From NCBI GenBank assembly GCA_043809245.1, contig JAZDDZ010000048.1, positions 1 to 51,356 on the forward strand: a stretch of 51,356 nucleotides of DNA. The letters run 5' to 3'. The first letter of the stretch is position 1. Each line of letters begins with the position of its first letter. The DNA comes from Candidatus Iainarchaeum sp. GTDB taxonomy: Archaea; Iainarchaeota; Iainarchaeia; Iainarchaeales; JAZDDZ01. Shown one piece after another: positions 29,491 to 38,533 of this stretch. The notes below the pieces were generated by a model. That model was not told the DNA's origin. It saw nothing but the letters and a program-made list of their open reading frames with translations, and made no database searches. A program made the position numbers and the translations under genes.

Positions 29491-30333
29491 ATGGATTCGC
29501 ATAATGCGCTGGTTGTTTTTGAAGGGAAAAAAATCAGGAGAGTCTGGCATAACGAAGAATGGTTTTTCTCGGTTGTTGACATAATTGAGGCATTGACCGA
29601 TAGCCCTACGCCTCGCCAATATTGGGGCAAGATGAAGGGCAGGGATTTTTCACAACTTGAACTGTCCCCAATTTGGGTACAGTTGAAATTGCCTGCAGAT
29701 GATGGAAAACTCAGGTTTACAGACTGTGTGAACACCAAGAGCGCTTTCAGGATAATCCAGTCAATCCCTTCAAAAAAGGCAGAGCCATTCAAGCAATGGC
29801 TTGCAAAGGTAGGATATGAACGCGTGCAAGAGATTGAGAACCCCGAACTGGCACAGGAACGGATGAAGCGATTGTACGAGCAAAAAGGCTATTCCAAGGA
29901 ATGGATTGAGAAAAGGATTAGAGGCATTGCGGTAAGGCAGGAATTGACAGGCGAATGGAAAAACAGGGGCGCAAACCATAACGCGGAATTTGCCATCCTG
30001 ACTGACGAGATTTCGAAAGCAACGTTTGACAAGACAGTTGAAGAATACAAGCGGCATAAAAATCTTTCAAAAGAGAATCTCCGCGACCACATGGATGACT
30101 TGGAATTGATACTCACAATGTTGGGCGAGGCCACGACAACAAGGCTTACGCGTGAAAGGGATTCGCAAAAATTTCCCAGGCTGAAAAATGACGCAAAGGA
30201 CGGCGGGGAAGTTGCCGGGAGCACCAGGAAAAACATCGAGCAAAAGCTCGGAAAAAGCGTTGTTTCCGGCGACAACTATTTGGAAACTCCTGAGAAAAAG
30301 AAACGGCTGGAAAACCAAAAACAGATAAAATAA
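29491..30333 (+). CDS. Bro-N domain (phage antirepressor/DinD-like) DNA-binding protein
   Basis: FEGKKIRRVW...WFFSVVD, RIIQSIPSKKAEPFKQWLA and NLRDHM. Confidence 0.9.
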   Translation: MDSHNALVVFEGKKIRRVWHNEEWFFSVVDIIEALTDSPTPRQYWGKMKGRDFSQLELSPIWVQLKLPADDGKLRFTDCVNTKSAFRIIQSIPSKKAEPFKQWLAKVGYERVQEIENPELAQERMKRLYEQKGYSKEWIEKRIRGIAVRQELTGEWKNRGANHNAEFAILTDEISKATFDKTVEEYKRHKNLSKENLRDHMDDLELILTMLGEATTTRLTRERDSQKFPRLKNDAKDGGEVAGSTRKNIEQKLGKSVVSGDNYLETPEKKKRLENQKQIK

Positions 30334-30367
30334 AGAATTAACTGCGCATAAATGTATTCGTGGTTTA

Positions 30368-30424
30368 ATGCTAATCGGTGTCGTGGGAAAGCCGCAGCGG
30401 AAGTCTACTCTGTTCCGAAAGTGA
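30368..30424 (+). pseudogene. Relic 5' end of ychF (MLIGVVGKPQRKSTLFRK*)
   Basis: Manual translation aligns with the ILIGIVGRTNTGKTTFF start of downstream ychF, including similar upstream context GTGGTTT. Confidence 0.65.
30393..30420 (+). promoter_or_regulatory. Shared upstream motif, copy D (CGCAGCGGAAGTCTACTCTGTTCCGAAA), followed by GATATAT
   Basis: 25/28 identical to copy A; 32 nt upstream of the LAGLIDADG gene. Confidence 0.75.
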
Positions 30425-30452
30425 TATATCTGCAAAATTGCCAAAATGATTA

Positions 30453-31841
30453 ATGAACGAAGATTCGGTCCATATTTGGCAGTTCCCAAAAAATACTTCG
30501 ATATCGATAAGCCCTCTTTTTCTGGATTTCATTAATTCAAAAATCATTGAATCACAATTGAGCTTGAACCAAGTATATTCGGAAATGCGGCTTGATATGC
30601 CATTTAGCTCATTCAAGAGCTGTCTGAAAAAGTCGTACCCTAATTACAGGCCGCTTGACTTGATTTTGAACTTATGTAAAAAATTCGAAATAAGTTTTTA
30701 TGAATTGGAAAAAAATGTTTTGGCCTACAGGACCACAAAAAGCAGGATAATCGTGAGCCGCCCCGAGCTGCCCGTAACTGTTAGCCCGATTTTCAATATG
30801 CTAATGGCGCATCTGCTGGGGGATGGCGGATTGATAAGGTTTAAGCACAAGAAATCAATCTATTGCGCCTACACCCAATACGATAGCCAGTTCAGGAAAA
30901 ACTTCATATTTAAAGCAGAAAGAGTATTTGGCAAATTTGACTTCAAAATAGATTATGAGAAAAATAGGATAAAAGTATTTTTACCAGAAGTTGTGACAAA
31001 AATACTACTGTGCAGATATGGGTTAAAAGAGGAAGACCTGCTTTCGGACAGGGGCTTAATCCCATTGGATTTGGAAAATACTGAAAAGGACTCGCTGCTG
31101 GCCATTTTGGTTGCATTTATTATTGACGAGGGCCATGTAGATTCTGGGCAAATAGTAATTGGGTTAAAAAATCACGGATTAATTAAACAACTGGAAAAAA
31201 TATCAAATCTACTCGCCTATAAGAATTCAGTCACGCTCAGGAACGACAAGTACGGATTTGTTTATATTTTAAAAGAGGGGGTGAAAAAATTTTGGCAAGA
31301 CTACCTTGCTTTATGCAAAAGATATCCAGAAATTGGTTTAGGCTATAAAGGTCTCAAAATTCAGAAGTTTATTAATCGGACGGAAAAAATTTGGAAAAGC
31401 CAAGGTCAGAATGTAACAAGAAATAAGATAGTGGCATTACTAGACAAAAAAAATATGGCAATAAACGAAATAGCCGATGAACTTTTGATTTCAAGGCAAG
31501 GCATAAAATGGCAGCTAAAATGGCTGAAAGATGAAAATATAGTTTCAGTAAAAAAAGGCGCAAAAAACATGGATATTTATTGCCTTGAAAAGGCAGTAAA
31601 ATTTAAGGAATCTCCAAAAGGTAGAAGCAAACAAATTGGAGGAACAAAACGAAAAATACTCGAAATGCTGGCCAAAGGAAATTTTTCAACTACAAAATTA
31701 TCTGAATTAATCGAATTGCAAAGGGCCTCAACAATGAATCTCTTGAAAACAATGGAAGCTGACCGACAAATAAAGCGAATCGGCAGGGAATATAGCGGTG
31801 CACGACCCGCCATCATTTGGGCAATCCAAGCAAACCGTTAA
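30453..31841 (+). CDS. Free-standing LAGLIDADG homing endonuclease with two C-terminal winged-helix domains
   Basis: MAHLLGDGG and LVAFIIDEG motifs; ArsR-like INEIADELLISRQGIKWQL; visibly more AT-rich than neighbours. Confidence 0.8.
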   Translation: MNEDSVHIWQFPKNTSISISPLFLDFINSKIIESQLSLNQVYSEMRLDMPFSSFKSCLKKSYPNYRPLDLILNLCKKFEISFYELEKNVLAYRTTKSRIIVSRPELPVTVSPIFNMLMAHLLGDGGLIRFKHKKSIYCAYTQYDSQFRKNFIFKAERVFGKFDFKIDYEKNRIKVFLPEVVTKILLCRYGLKEEDLLSDRGLIPLDLENTEKDSLLAILVAFIIDEGHVDSGQIVIGLKNHGLIKQLEKISNLLAYKNSVTLRNDKYGFVYILKEGVKKFWQDYLALCKRYPEIGLGYKGLKIQKFINRTEKIWKSQGQNVTRNKIVALLDKKNMAINEIADELLISRQGIKWQLKWLKDENIVSVKKGAKNMDIYCLEKAVKFKESPKGRSKQIGGTKRKILEMLAKGNFSTTKLSELIELQRASTMNLLKTMEADRQIKRIGREYSGARPAIIWAIQANR

Positions 31842-31875
31842 TAACACTTTCAAAGAAAAAGTATTTGGTGGTTTT

Positions 31876-33060
31876 ATTCTCATTGGAATTGTTGGACGCA
31901 CTAACACCGGAAAAACTACCTTTTTCTCCGCAGCCACTCTGGTTGACGCGGAGATAGCCAACAGGCCGTTTGTCACAATTAAGCCTAACCAGGGAACTGC
32001 TTTTGTCACGGCAAAATGCCCGCATCTGGATTTGGGAAAGGAATGCAACCCTGTTAACAGCAAGTGCGTGAACGGCACAAGGCTTATCCCGATAACTTTG
32101 CTTGATGTTGCGGGATTGGTGCCGGATGCATGGAAAGGAAAAGGTTTGGGAAACCAGTTTTTGAATGACTTAATGCAGGCAAAGGCATTGATTCACGTTG
32201 TTGACGCAAGCGGAAGGACTGATGCGGAAGGAAACGCTACAAGCGGCTATGACCCCTGCAATGATGTAAGGTTTTTGGAGAAAGAGATAGCGGAGTGGAT
32301 TCGCGGAATACTGCAGAAAAACTGGCATGTGATAAGCAAAAAGGCTTCAATGGATGTGAAGGGGCCGGCGGAGGCACTGGCGCAGCAGTTAAGCGGTTTG
32401 GGTGTTTCAGTTGATGACGTGAAGGAGGTTTTGAAGAAAGGATTTGACTTGAAGCCAGAACATTGGGGGGAAGAGGAATTGCTTAAGTTCAGCGATGAAA
32501 TCAGGAGGAAAAGCAAGCCAATGCTTATAGTGGCAAACAAAATGGATGTGAACGGAGCAAAGGAAAACTTTGAAAAAATGAAGCGAGAGTTTCCCGAATA
32601 CAAAATCGTTGCGTGCTGCAGTGAAGCGGAACTGGCGTTAAGGAAGGCAGCAAAAAACGGGTTGTTAGAGTATTTGCCTGGTGAAAAGGATTTCAAGGTG
32701 TTGAAGGAATTGCCTGAAGTGCAGGCAAAGGCACTGGAGTTTTTGAAAAAAAACGTGCTGGAACAGTTTGAAAATACAGGAGTGCAGCAGGCAATCAATG
32801 CGGCTGCATTTGACTTGCTTGAATTGATTGCAGTTTATCCTGTACAGGACCAGCACAAGTGGATGAGCGGGCAGGGAAACATTTTGCCTGACACATTTCT
32901 TCTCAAAAAGGGAAGCAGCGCGCTTGAATTGGCTGGCGCGGTTCACACGGATTTCATTGAAAAATTCGTTTCCGCGGTTGACTGCCGCTCAGGGCAGAGA
33001 ATCGGAAAAGAGCATGCGCTGAAAAACGGCGATGTCGTGAAGATACAGCTGGGCCATTAA
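31876..33060 (+). CDS. ychF: YchF/Obg-like ATPase with TGS domain
   Basis: G1 GRTNTGKTT, PFVTIKPN, DVAGLV, GLGNQFL and NKMD; start probably ATT 31876 (track start GTG 31798 overlaps the endonuclease gene). Confidence 0.93.
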   Translation: MLIGIVGRTNTGKTTFFSAATLVDAEIANRPFVTIKPNQGTAFVTAKCPHLDLGKECNPVNSKCVNGTRLIPITLLDVAGLVPDAWKGKGLGNQFLNDLMQAKALIHVVDASGRTDAEGNATSGYDPCNDVRFLEKEIAEWIRGILQKNWHVISKKASMDVKGPAEALAQQLSGLGVSVDDVKEVLKKGFDLKPEHWGEEELLKFSDEIRRKSKPMLIVANKMDVNGAKENFEKMKREFPEYKIVACCSEAELALRKAAKNGLLEYLPGEKDFKVLKELPEVQAKALEFLKKNVLEQFENTGVQQAINAAAFDLLELIAVYPVQDQHKWMSGQGNILPDTFLLKKGSSALELAGAVHTDFIEKFVSAVDCRSGQRIGKEHALKNGDVVKIQLGH

Positions 33061-33076
33061 AAAATAATTCACTTTT

Positions 33077-33322
33077 TCATTGCGGGAACATTTCTTCTTT
33101 TGTTTCCGTGCTAAGCTTTTCCTCTTCTTTTTTGACCATTTGAACGATTTCCTGCAATTGCTGGTCTTTTGTTTTCAGGCGGTTTAAAGTGTAAAGGTAT
33201 GCGTTCACTATTGCGTCTAAGTCAAGCGAGCGCTTGAAGCCGTGGCGTGCGACTTCTTCAAAGTAAATTTCCACAAGCATTGCCGCAATCTCTTCGTCAG
33301 CCAGTTTGTTTTTTTCAGACAT
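33077..33322 (-). CDS. Small protein paralogous to the C-terminal domain of the upstream basic protein
   Basis: YFEEVARHGFKRSLDLDAIVNAYLYTLNRL versus YFRDIARLGFKRNLELDAIINAYLYALSRL. Confidence 0.85.
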   Translation of the reverse strand: MSEKNKLADEEIAAMLVEIYFEEVARHGFKRSLDLDAIVNAYLYTLNRLKTKDQQLQEIVQMVKKEEEKLSTETKEEMFPQ

Positions 33323-33333
33323 GAACTTTCCCC

Positions 33334-34236
33334 CTAAAAATGCGTTGAAGTGATTTTGTCTTTTTTCAGCGCTTCAAGGATTTCCCTTGACTCTATGCCT
33401 TTTCTTTTAAGCCTTGAAAGAGCGTAAAGGTAAGCGTTGATTATCGCGTCTAACTCCAGGTTTCTTTTGAAGCCAAGGCGCGCTATGTCCCTGAAGTAAA
33501 GCCTTGTGAGCTTTAATGCGGATTCCTCATCTGAATGCCCTGGAAAATCAATCGGCGCGTCAAATGAAACGGGAACAGAAACCTGTGTGGAAGAAATCTC
33601 TGACTTGATTGTGTTCTGAATCATGCTCCTCAAAGAGCTGAAGTCAACCGCTGGCGCGGCAGCTTTCCTCACAATTCGCCTGACGGCTTTCTTGATTGCG
33701 CGCTTTCTGCGCCTGCTTGTTCTTTTTTTCACGCGCTTTCTTTTAGTGGGCTTTTTAATTTTCCTTTTTTTAGGGTTCTTCTTTTTCCTTTTTACAACAA
33801 TTTTTTTGACAATCTTTGGCCTGACAATTCTCCTGATGACTTTTTTAACAACAACCCTTCTTCGCAGTTTTCCGCCGCTTTTCATAAAGCGCTGCTGCAT
33901 TTTCCAGAGCTTTACCGCCTGCTTGAATGTCTTGCCTGCCTGAAGCTGCCTTCTCATGAACAGATTGTATTCGCTTAACTGCTTTTTTTTCGTGCCCTTT
34001 TTCCTTAAAGTTGAAAGGTTTTCCTTCAAAGCGGCGAATTCCTTTGAAAGCGTTTTCGCCTTTGACTCGATTCTGGCAGACCTGCGTTTCTCTTTTCGAA
34101 TGCTCTTCTTTACCCCTTTAATCTCTTTTTTCTCCTTTGATTCAATTCGCGCAGACCTCTTTTTTTCCTTGCGCAGGCTTTTCTTCACGCCCTTCAGTTC
34201 CCTTTTCATGGTTTTCGAAATTTTTGCCTTTGCCAT
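33334..34236 (-). CDS. Extremely Lys/Arg-rich protein with HMG/YABBY-like motif
   Basis: Basic low-complexity tracts; LSEYNLFMRRQL..GKTFKQAVKLWK. Confidence 0.75.
   Translation of the reverse strand: MAKAKISKTMKRELKGVKKSLRKEKKRSARIESKEKKEIKGVKKSIRKEKRRSARIESKAKTLSKEFAALKENLSTLRKKGTKKKQLSEYNLFMRRQLQAGKTFKQAVKLWKMQQRFMKSGGKLRRRVVVKKVIRRIVRPKIVKKIVVKRKKKNPKKRKIKKPTKRKRVKKRTSRRRKRAIKKAVRRIVRKAAAPAVDFSSLRSMIQNTIKSEISSTQVSVPVSFDAPIDFPGHSDEESALKLTRLYFRDIARLGFKRNLELDAIINAYLYALSRLKRKGIESREILEALKKDKITSTHF
34060..34200 (-). repeat. Intragenic tandem repeat, 25-aa (75-nt) period, two copies
   Basis: ELKGVKKSLRKEKKRSARIESK versus EIKGVKKSIRKEKRRSARIESK. Confidence 0.9.
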
Positions 34237-34333
34237 AAAAAACCTGTTAGAAATTGTGGGTTAAAGGGTTTTTAATTGTTTGTGGTTAACGGATAAAGAA
34301 AACTATAAATACATTGGCCTGCAGAATGTCTTA

Positions 34334-36139
34334 ATGGAAAAGATTATCGGGCTGCCGAAAGAAGGGCTGGCTAAAAAGTTATGGAAAGAGGATCCGCGGA
34401 TTAAAAAAATGCTGGCCGGCTCGAAAAACCTTAATATGGCCAGGGACAGGCTTTTCGAGTACCTTAACGGCCTGGAGAGGGATTACTTCAACGTGCACGC
34501 CGAAAGAAAATTAAGAAAATTGCCGCCAACTGAAAAAAACAATGCAAAGGAATGCATCAGGGTTTTCAAGAACTTCATCAGGACTGAAAACGAAAAACTG
34601 GCTGGTTTTTCCGCATTGAACGCATTATTCCGCCTCGCCAAAGGGAAAAAAAACGCGCTTTCAGGAATAAGCGAGGGCTTCCTGTGCGAATTCATTTTTT
34701 TGTTCAAAGGCATTAACGGAAAAACAAGGGCTGCGCCAAAAGCATTCAGGCTGCCTGAAAACGACGAAAAAGCGGCTTTGGCAAGGTCACGCAAGCTGGA
34801 CGAATACTCTGCATTCATCCAAAAGTATTTCAAAAGATATGCGGATGGGCTTGCGCCTGAAACAGTCGAAAAGAGGCGCAGAATGAAAAGCAAAATATTG
34901 AAGCATTTTAAAGCGGGAAACAAGGAATGGGAAAACTACCGCTGGCACTTAAAGCACGTAATCAAGGATTCAAAAACATTGTCCTCGCTTGTGAAACTTA
35001 GCGCGGAAGAAATCGCGGGCGTGAAATTGGCTGAAAAACACGGAATCCCATTCCATATAACGCCTTACTATCTTTCACTTTTCAACGAAAAAGGCAGGGC
35101 AATGCTTGACAATGCAATCCGCGCCCAGGTGCTGCCAACCCCAACATATTGCATGAATCTTGTGAAAAACCGGCAGCAGAAAACCAGCATGGATTTCATG
35201 GGTGAACGGTCAACTAGCCCGGTCAAATGCGTTACAAGAAGATACCCGCAAATCGTGATACTTAAGCCATTCGATTCCTGCCCGCAGATATGCGTTTACT
35301 GCCAGAGAAACTGGGAAATAAAAGACATCAATGAAGCGGGAATAACCCCCAAAAACATTGCGAAAGCACTCAGCTGGATTAAAAAAAACCAGAACATAAC
35401 CGAGGTACTGGTTACGGGCGGCGACCCCTTAACCCTTGATAACAGTTTCATTGATTCACTGCTGGAAAATCTTTCCAAAATCAAGCACGTTGAAAGGATA
35501 AGGCTTGGCACAAGGGTATTGGTTACGCTTCCGTTCAGGATAGGCAAAAAACTGGTAAGCATTCTTGAAAAATACCACGAGTTAGGGAAAAGGGAGTTAT
35601 GCATTGTAACGCATTTCGAGCACGCCTCGGAAATAACCCCTGAGGCAATTGAAGCCGTGAAGAGGATAAGGCGCGCGGGAATAAGCGTTTACAACCAGCA
35701 GGTTTTCACTTATTTTAACAGCAGGAAATACGAAACCGCTCTTTTGAGGAAAAAACTGAAACTCGCGGGAATAGACCCTTACTACACTTTTAACGCAAAA
35801 GGAAAAGAAGAGACAATTGATTTCCGCGTTCCGCTTGCAAGACTAGAGCAGGAGAGAAAAGAGGAGGCAAGATTTTTGCCGGGAATAGTGCGAACAGACG
35901 AGCCGGTATTCAATGTTCCAAAACTCGGAAAATCGCATTTGAGGGCATGGCAGGACCACGAACCGATAATGGTTTTGGCTAACGGCCAGAGAACATATCT
36001 TTTTTACCCATGGGAATCAAAAGTCACAATGGCGGGCAATTACATTTACACTGACGTCTCAATTTATGAGTATATTAAACGGCTGGCCAAAGACAGGGAA
36101 AAGATCTCTGACTACAAGTCAATCTGGTATTATTTTTAA
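34334..36139 (+). CDS. KamA family radical SAM protein (lysine 2,3-aminomutase-like, long form)
   Basis: ITPYY, TRRYP, CPQICVYCQR, VTGGDPL, RLGTR and THFEH; start at ATG 34334. Confidence 0.92.
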   Translation: MEKIIGLPKEGLAKKLWKEDPRIKKMLAGSKNLNMARDRLFEYLNGLERDYFNVHAERKLRKLPPTEKNNAKECIRVFKNFIRTENEKLAGFSALNALFRLAKGKKNALSGISEGFLCEFIFLFKGINGKTRAAPKAFRLPENDEKAALARSRKLDEYSAFIQKYFKRYADGLAPETVEKRRRMKSKILKHFKAGNKEWENYRWHLKHVIKDSKTLSSLVKLSAEEIAGVKLAEKHGIPFHITPYYLSLFNEKGRAMLDNAIRAQVLPTPTYCMNLVKNRQQKTSMDFMGERSTSPVKCVTRRYPQIVILKPFDSCPQICVYCQRNWEIKDINEAGITPKNIAKALSWIKKNQNITEVLVTGGDPLTLDNSFIDSLLENLSKIKHVERIRLGTRVLVTLPFRIGKKLVSILEKYHELGKRELCIVTHFEHASEITPEAIEAVKRIRRAGISVYNQQVFTYFNSRKYETALLRKKLKLAGIDPYYTFNAKGKEETIDFRVPLARLEQERKEEARFLPGIVRTDEPVFNVPKLGKSHLRAWQDHEPIMVLANGQRTYLFYPWESKVTMAGNYIYTDVSIYEYIKRLAKDREKISDYKSIWYYF

Positions 36140-36152
36140 AAAAAAATCAGTG

Positions 36153-37274
36153 TTAAACGCTTGCATCTATCTGCGCTTTTTCCACGCAGCAGCTGAAGCG
36201 CTTTGTTTTGCCCTTATTCCCCAAATCAAGCAACTCGGATTTCACCAAGCGCTTCTGCTCAATGCCGTTCATCAAATCCCGGAGCCTTCTCTCGCTTAAA
36301 GGCGATTTGGCTTTCTTTTTGTAAAGCGAATAAATTTCCCCAGAATCAATCGAATGCTTTGAGGCAACAATTGAAAGCAAAAGCTTTTCCTCTTCCGACA
36401 AAAACTTCAAGGATTTAAGCGAGGAAGCCGAGTCAACTGATTCGAATGCCTTGTGAAGGTGCTTTAATTGCACGGTTTGGGAATTTTCCTTTTCTGCCTC
36501 GCGGCCGGCGCGCAAAAGCGATTCAATTGCAATCCGCGCATCTCCCCCAAGTTTTGCGGAATGCGCAGCGGCAACAGAAACAACGTCGGCTGCCAAAGCG
36601 TTTTTCTGGAAAGCAAACTCACAGCGCTCAGCCAAAATCTGCTTTAACTGCTGTGGAGAGTAAGAGGAAAAAGAGATTGTCTCAGGGGAAAGCGAGCTTT
36701 TGACACGCGCATCAAGCTTTGCCGTGAAAGCCTCGTCATTGGATACAAGGACAACGCCAATGCGGTTTTTCTGCTGCTCCGTGACGCGGAGAAGGTCGTA
36801 AAGCAAGGAGGAAAGCTCTTCGCGCGGCAGCTGGTCAGCCTCGTCAAGGACAGCAATTGGCGTGAACGATGATTTTTTCAGCAATTCAACCATTTTCGTG
36901 TAAATTTCATCCGTGGCAATGCCCCTGCGCGGAACCGCGGCACCCAAAAGATTCGCTATTCCTGAAAGAATTGAATGACGGGAGTTGAATTCAAAGCAGT
37001 TAAAGTAAGAGGCCTTTGCGCGGTCACTGAATTCCTCCAATTGCTTTAAGACAAATTTAACAGCAACAGTTTTGCCAACTCCTGTCGGGCCGCATACAAA
37101 AACATTCTGCGGCTTCCCGCCTTTCGTTACAGGGTTTAACGCGAAAACAAGCGAATCAATCTCCGAGTCACGGAAAGGCAGGCGCTCGGGAACGAATTCA
37201 GGGTAAAGGAACCTCTCATCCCTGAAAACAAGTTTATCTTTTTTTCCCGCGCGCGCGAAAAGGTTTTGTGGCAT
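36153..37274 (-). CDS. cdc6: Orc1/Cdc6 replication initiation protein
   Basis: FVPERLPFRD, GPTGVGKT, LDEAD, GDARIAI and C-terminal winged helix; start at ATG 37274. Confidence 0.95.
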   Translation of the reverse strand: MPQNLFARAGKKDKLVFRDERFLYPEFVPERLPFRDSEIDSLVFALNPVTKGGKPQNVFVCGPTGVGKTVAVKFVLKQLEEFSDRAKASYFNCFEFNSRHSILSGIANLLGAAVPRRGIATDEIYTKMVELLKKSSFTPIAVLDEADQLPREELSSLLYDLLRVTEQQKNRIGVVLVSNDEAFTAKLDARVKSSLSPETISFSSYSPQQLKQILAERCEFAFQKNALAADVVSVAAAHSAKLGGDARIAIESLLRAGREAEKENSQTVQLKHLHKAFESVDSASSLKSLKFLSEEEKLLLSIVASKHSIDSGEIYSLYKKKAKSPLSERRLRDLMNGIEQKRLVKSELLDLGNKGKTKRFSCCVEKAQIDASV

Positions 37275-37326
37275 AATAACAGCTTGGGGCGTAAGAAATA
37301 ATATAGTAATGCTGCAACCATAAGTT

Positions 37327-38163
37327 ATGGAAATGCTGATTTTCGGCACAGCAGGGGTTCCGCATTCCTCTGCTTCAGGGGATTCGGTTGCGGGAATTGA
37401 ACGCGTCAGGAAATTAGGCCTGGACGCAATGGAACTCGAGTTTGTTAGGGGAGTGCACATGAAGGAAGACACCGCAAAAAAAGTAAAGGCGGCAGCGGAA
37501 AAAAACAATGTTTTGCTGAGGGTGCACGCGCCTTACTTCATTAACCTCAACAGCGCAGAGAAAAGCAAGCTGCACGCTTCAATTGAGCGCATATGGCAGA
37601 GCGCGAAAATAGGCGATGCCGCGGGAGCAAGGATTGTCACATTTCACCCCGCTTACTTTCAGGGAACAGAGCCAAAAAAAGTCATGGAAAACGTTGAAAC
37701 TGCGCTGGATGGATTGCTTGAACGCATAAAGGAGAAAAAGCTGAAAATCGTTCTCGCGCCAGAGACAACTGGAAAGCCCTCGCAGTTCGGCTCGCTGAGT
37801 GAAACGCTTGAATTATGCAAAAGAATGAAGGGAAAAATAATGACAATGGTGGATTTCTCGCATTTGCATGCAAGGGAAAACGGACGGTTCAAGGAAAAAA
37901 AGGACTTTGAGAAAGCGCTTGAAGAAATAAAGTCTGCAAACCGCGCTCACTTGAAGGAACTGCACATGCATGTCTCCGGCATAAGGTTCTCGGAGAAAGG
38001 CGAAAGAAACCATTTGAATTTGCAGGACAAGGAAAACACGTTCAATTACAAGTGGCTGCTTGAAACACTGAAGGAATTCGGGGTTAAAGGCGTTGTAATA
38101 TGCGAAAGCCCAAACCTTGAAGGCGATGCCTTGCTGATGCAGAAATACTATGAAAAACTGTGA
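37327..38163 (+). CDS. nfo: Endonuclease IV / AP endonuclease 2 family TIM-barrel protein
   Basis: HAPYFINL, FHP, PETTGK, DFSHLHAR, HMHVSG and ESP. Confidence 0.9.
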   Translation: MEMLIFGTAGVPHSSASGDSVAGIERVRKLGLDAMELEFVRGVHMKEDTAKKVKAAAEKNNVLLRVHAPYFINLNSAEKSKLHASIERIWQSAKIGDAAGARIVTFHPAYFQGTEPKKVMENVETALDGLLERIKEKKLKIVLAPETTGKPSQFGSLSETLELCKRMKGKIMTMVDFSHLHARENGRFKEKKDFEKALEEIKSANRAHLKELHMHVSGIRFSEKGERNHLNLQDKENTFNYKWLLETLKEFGVKGVVICESPNLEGDALLMQKYYEKL

Positions 38164-38171
38164 AAAAGGCG

Positions 38172-38193
38172 TTGTTAGGCGTTTGCCTAACAA
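38172..38193. promoter_or_regulatory. Inverted repeat TTGTTAGGC-GTTT-GCCTAACAA (operator or terminator hairpin)
   Basis: Perfect 9-bp arms, just upstream of TATTTAAA (38202-38209). Confidence 0.55.
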
Positions 38194-38232
38194 AAATTAA
38201 GTATTTAAATTTAGCGCAAACAAGTATATTTT

Positions 38233-38508
38233 ATGGCTGAAGAGAAAAAAAGCAGCGGAAGCAGAACAGACAGCTGGTTTGACAAGTTAAGCGATTACGT
38301 GACTGGAACAATCAGCGGCTTTGTTGCGTTTTTATTTTTCCTTTTTGCTGCGGGGGCTGTTTACGGAGCATTGATTGTTGCAAAGGGAAGCCCTTTTGGA
38401 GGATACCTAATAGTATTGCCTGCTGTTCTTGGCCTGATAACTTATTACAGCAGGGACATTGCACTTGTTGTTTTTGTGTTTTTTCTTTTGTTTTTGCTGC
38501 TTGTTTGA
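38233..38508 (+). CDS. Small membrane protein
   Basis: 91 aa with about three hydrophobic segments. Confidence 0.75.
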   Translation: MAEEKKSSGSRTDSWFDKLSDYVTGTISGFVAFLFFLFAAGAVYGALIVAKGSPFGGYLIVLPAVLGLITYYSRDIALVVFVFFLLFLLLV

Positions 38509-38533
38509 GTGCAAAAATCTTTGAGGCAAGTTT

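Noticed and set aside
36140-37326. Replication origin next to cdc6
   Set aside because: Flanking intergenic regions are only 13 and 52 bp, with no clustered ORB repeats or AT-rich unwinding element
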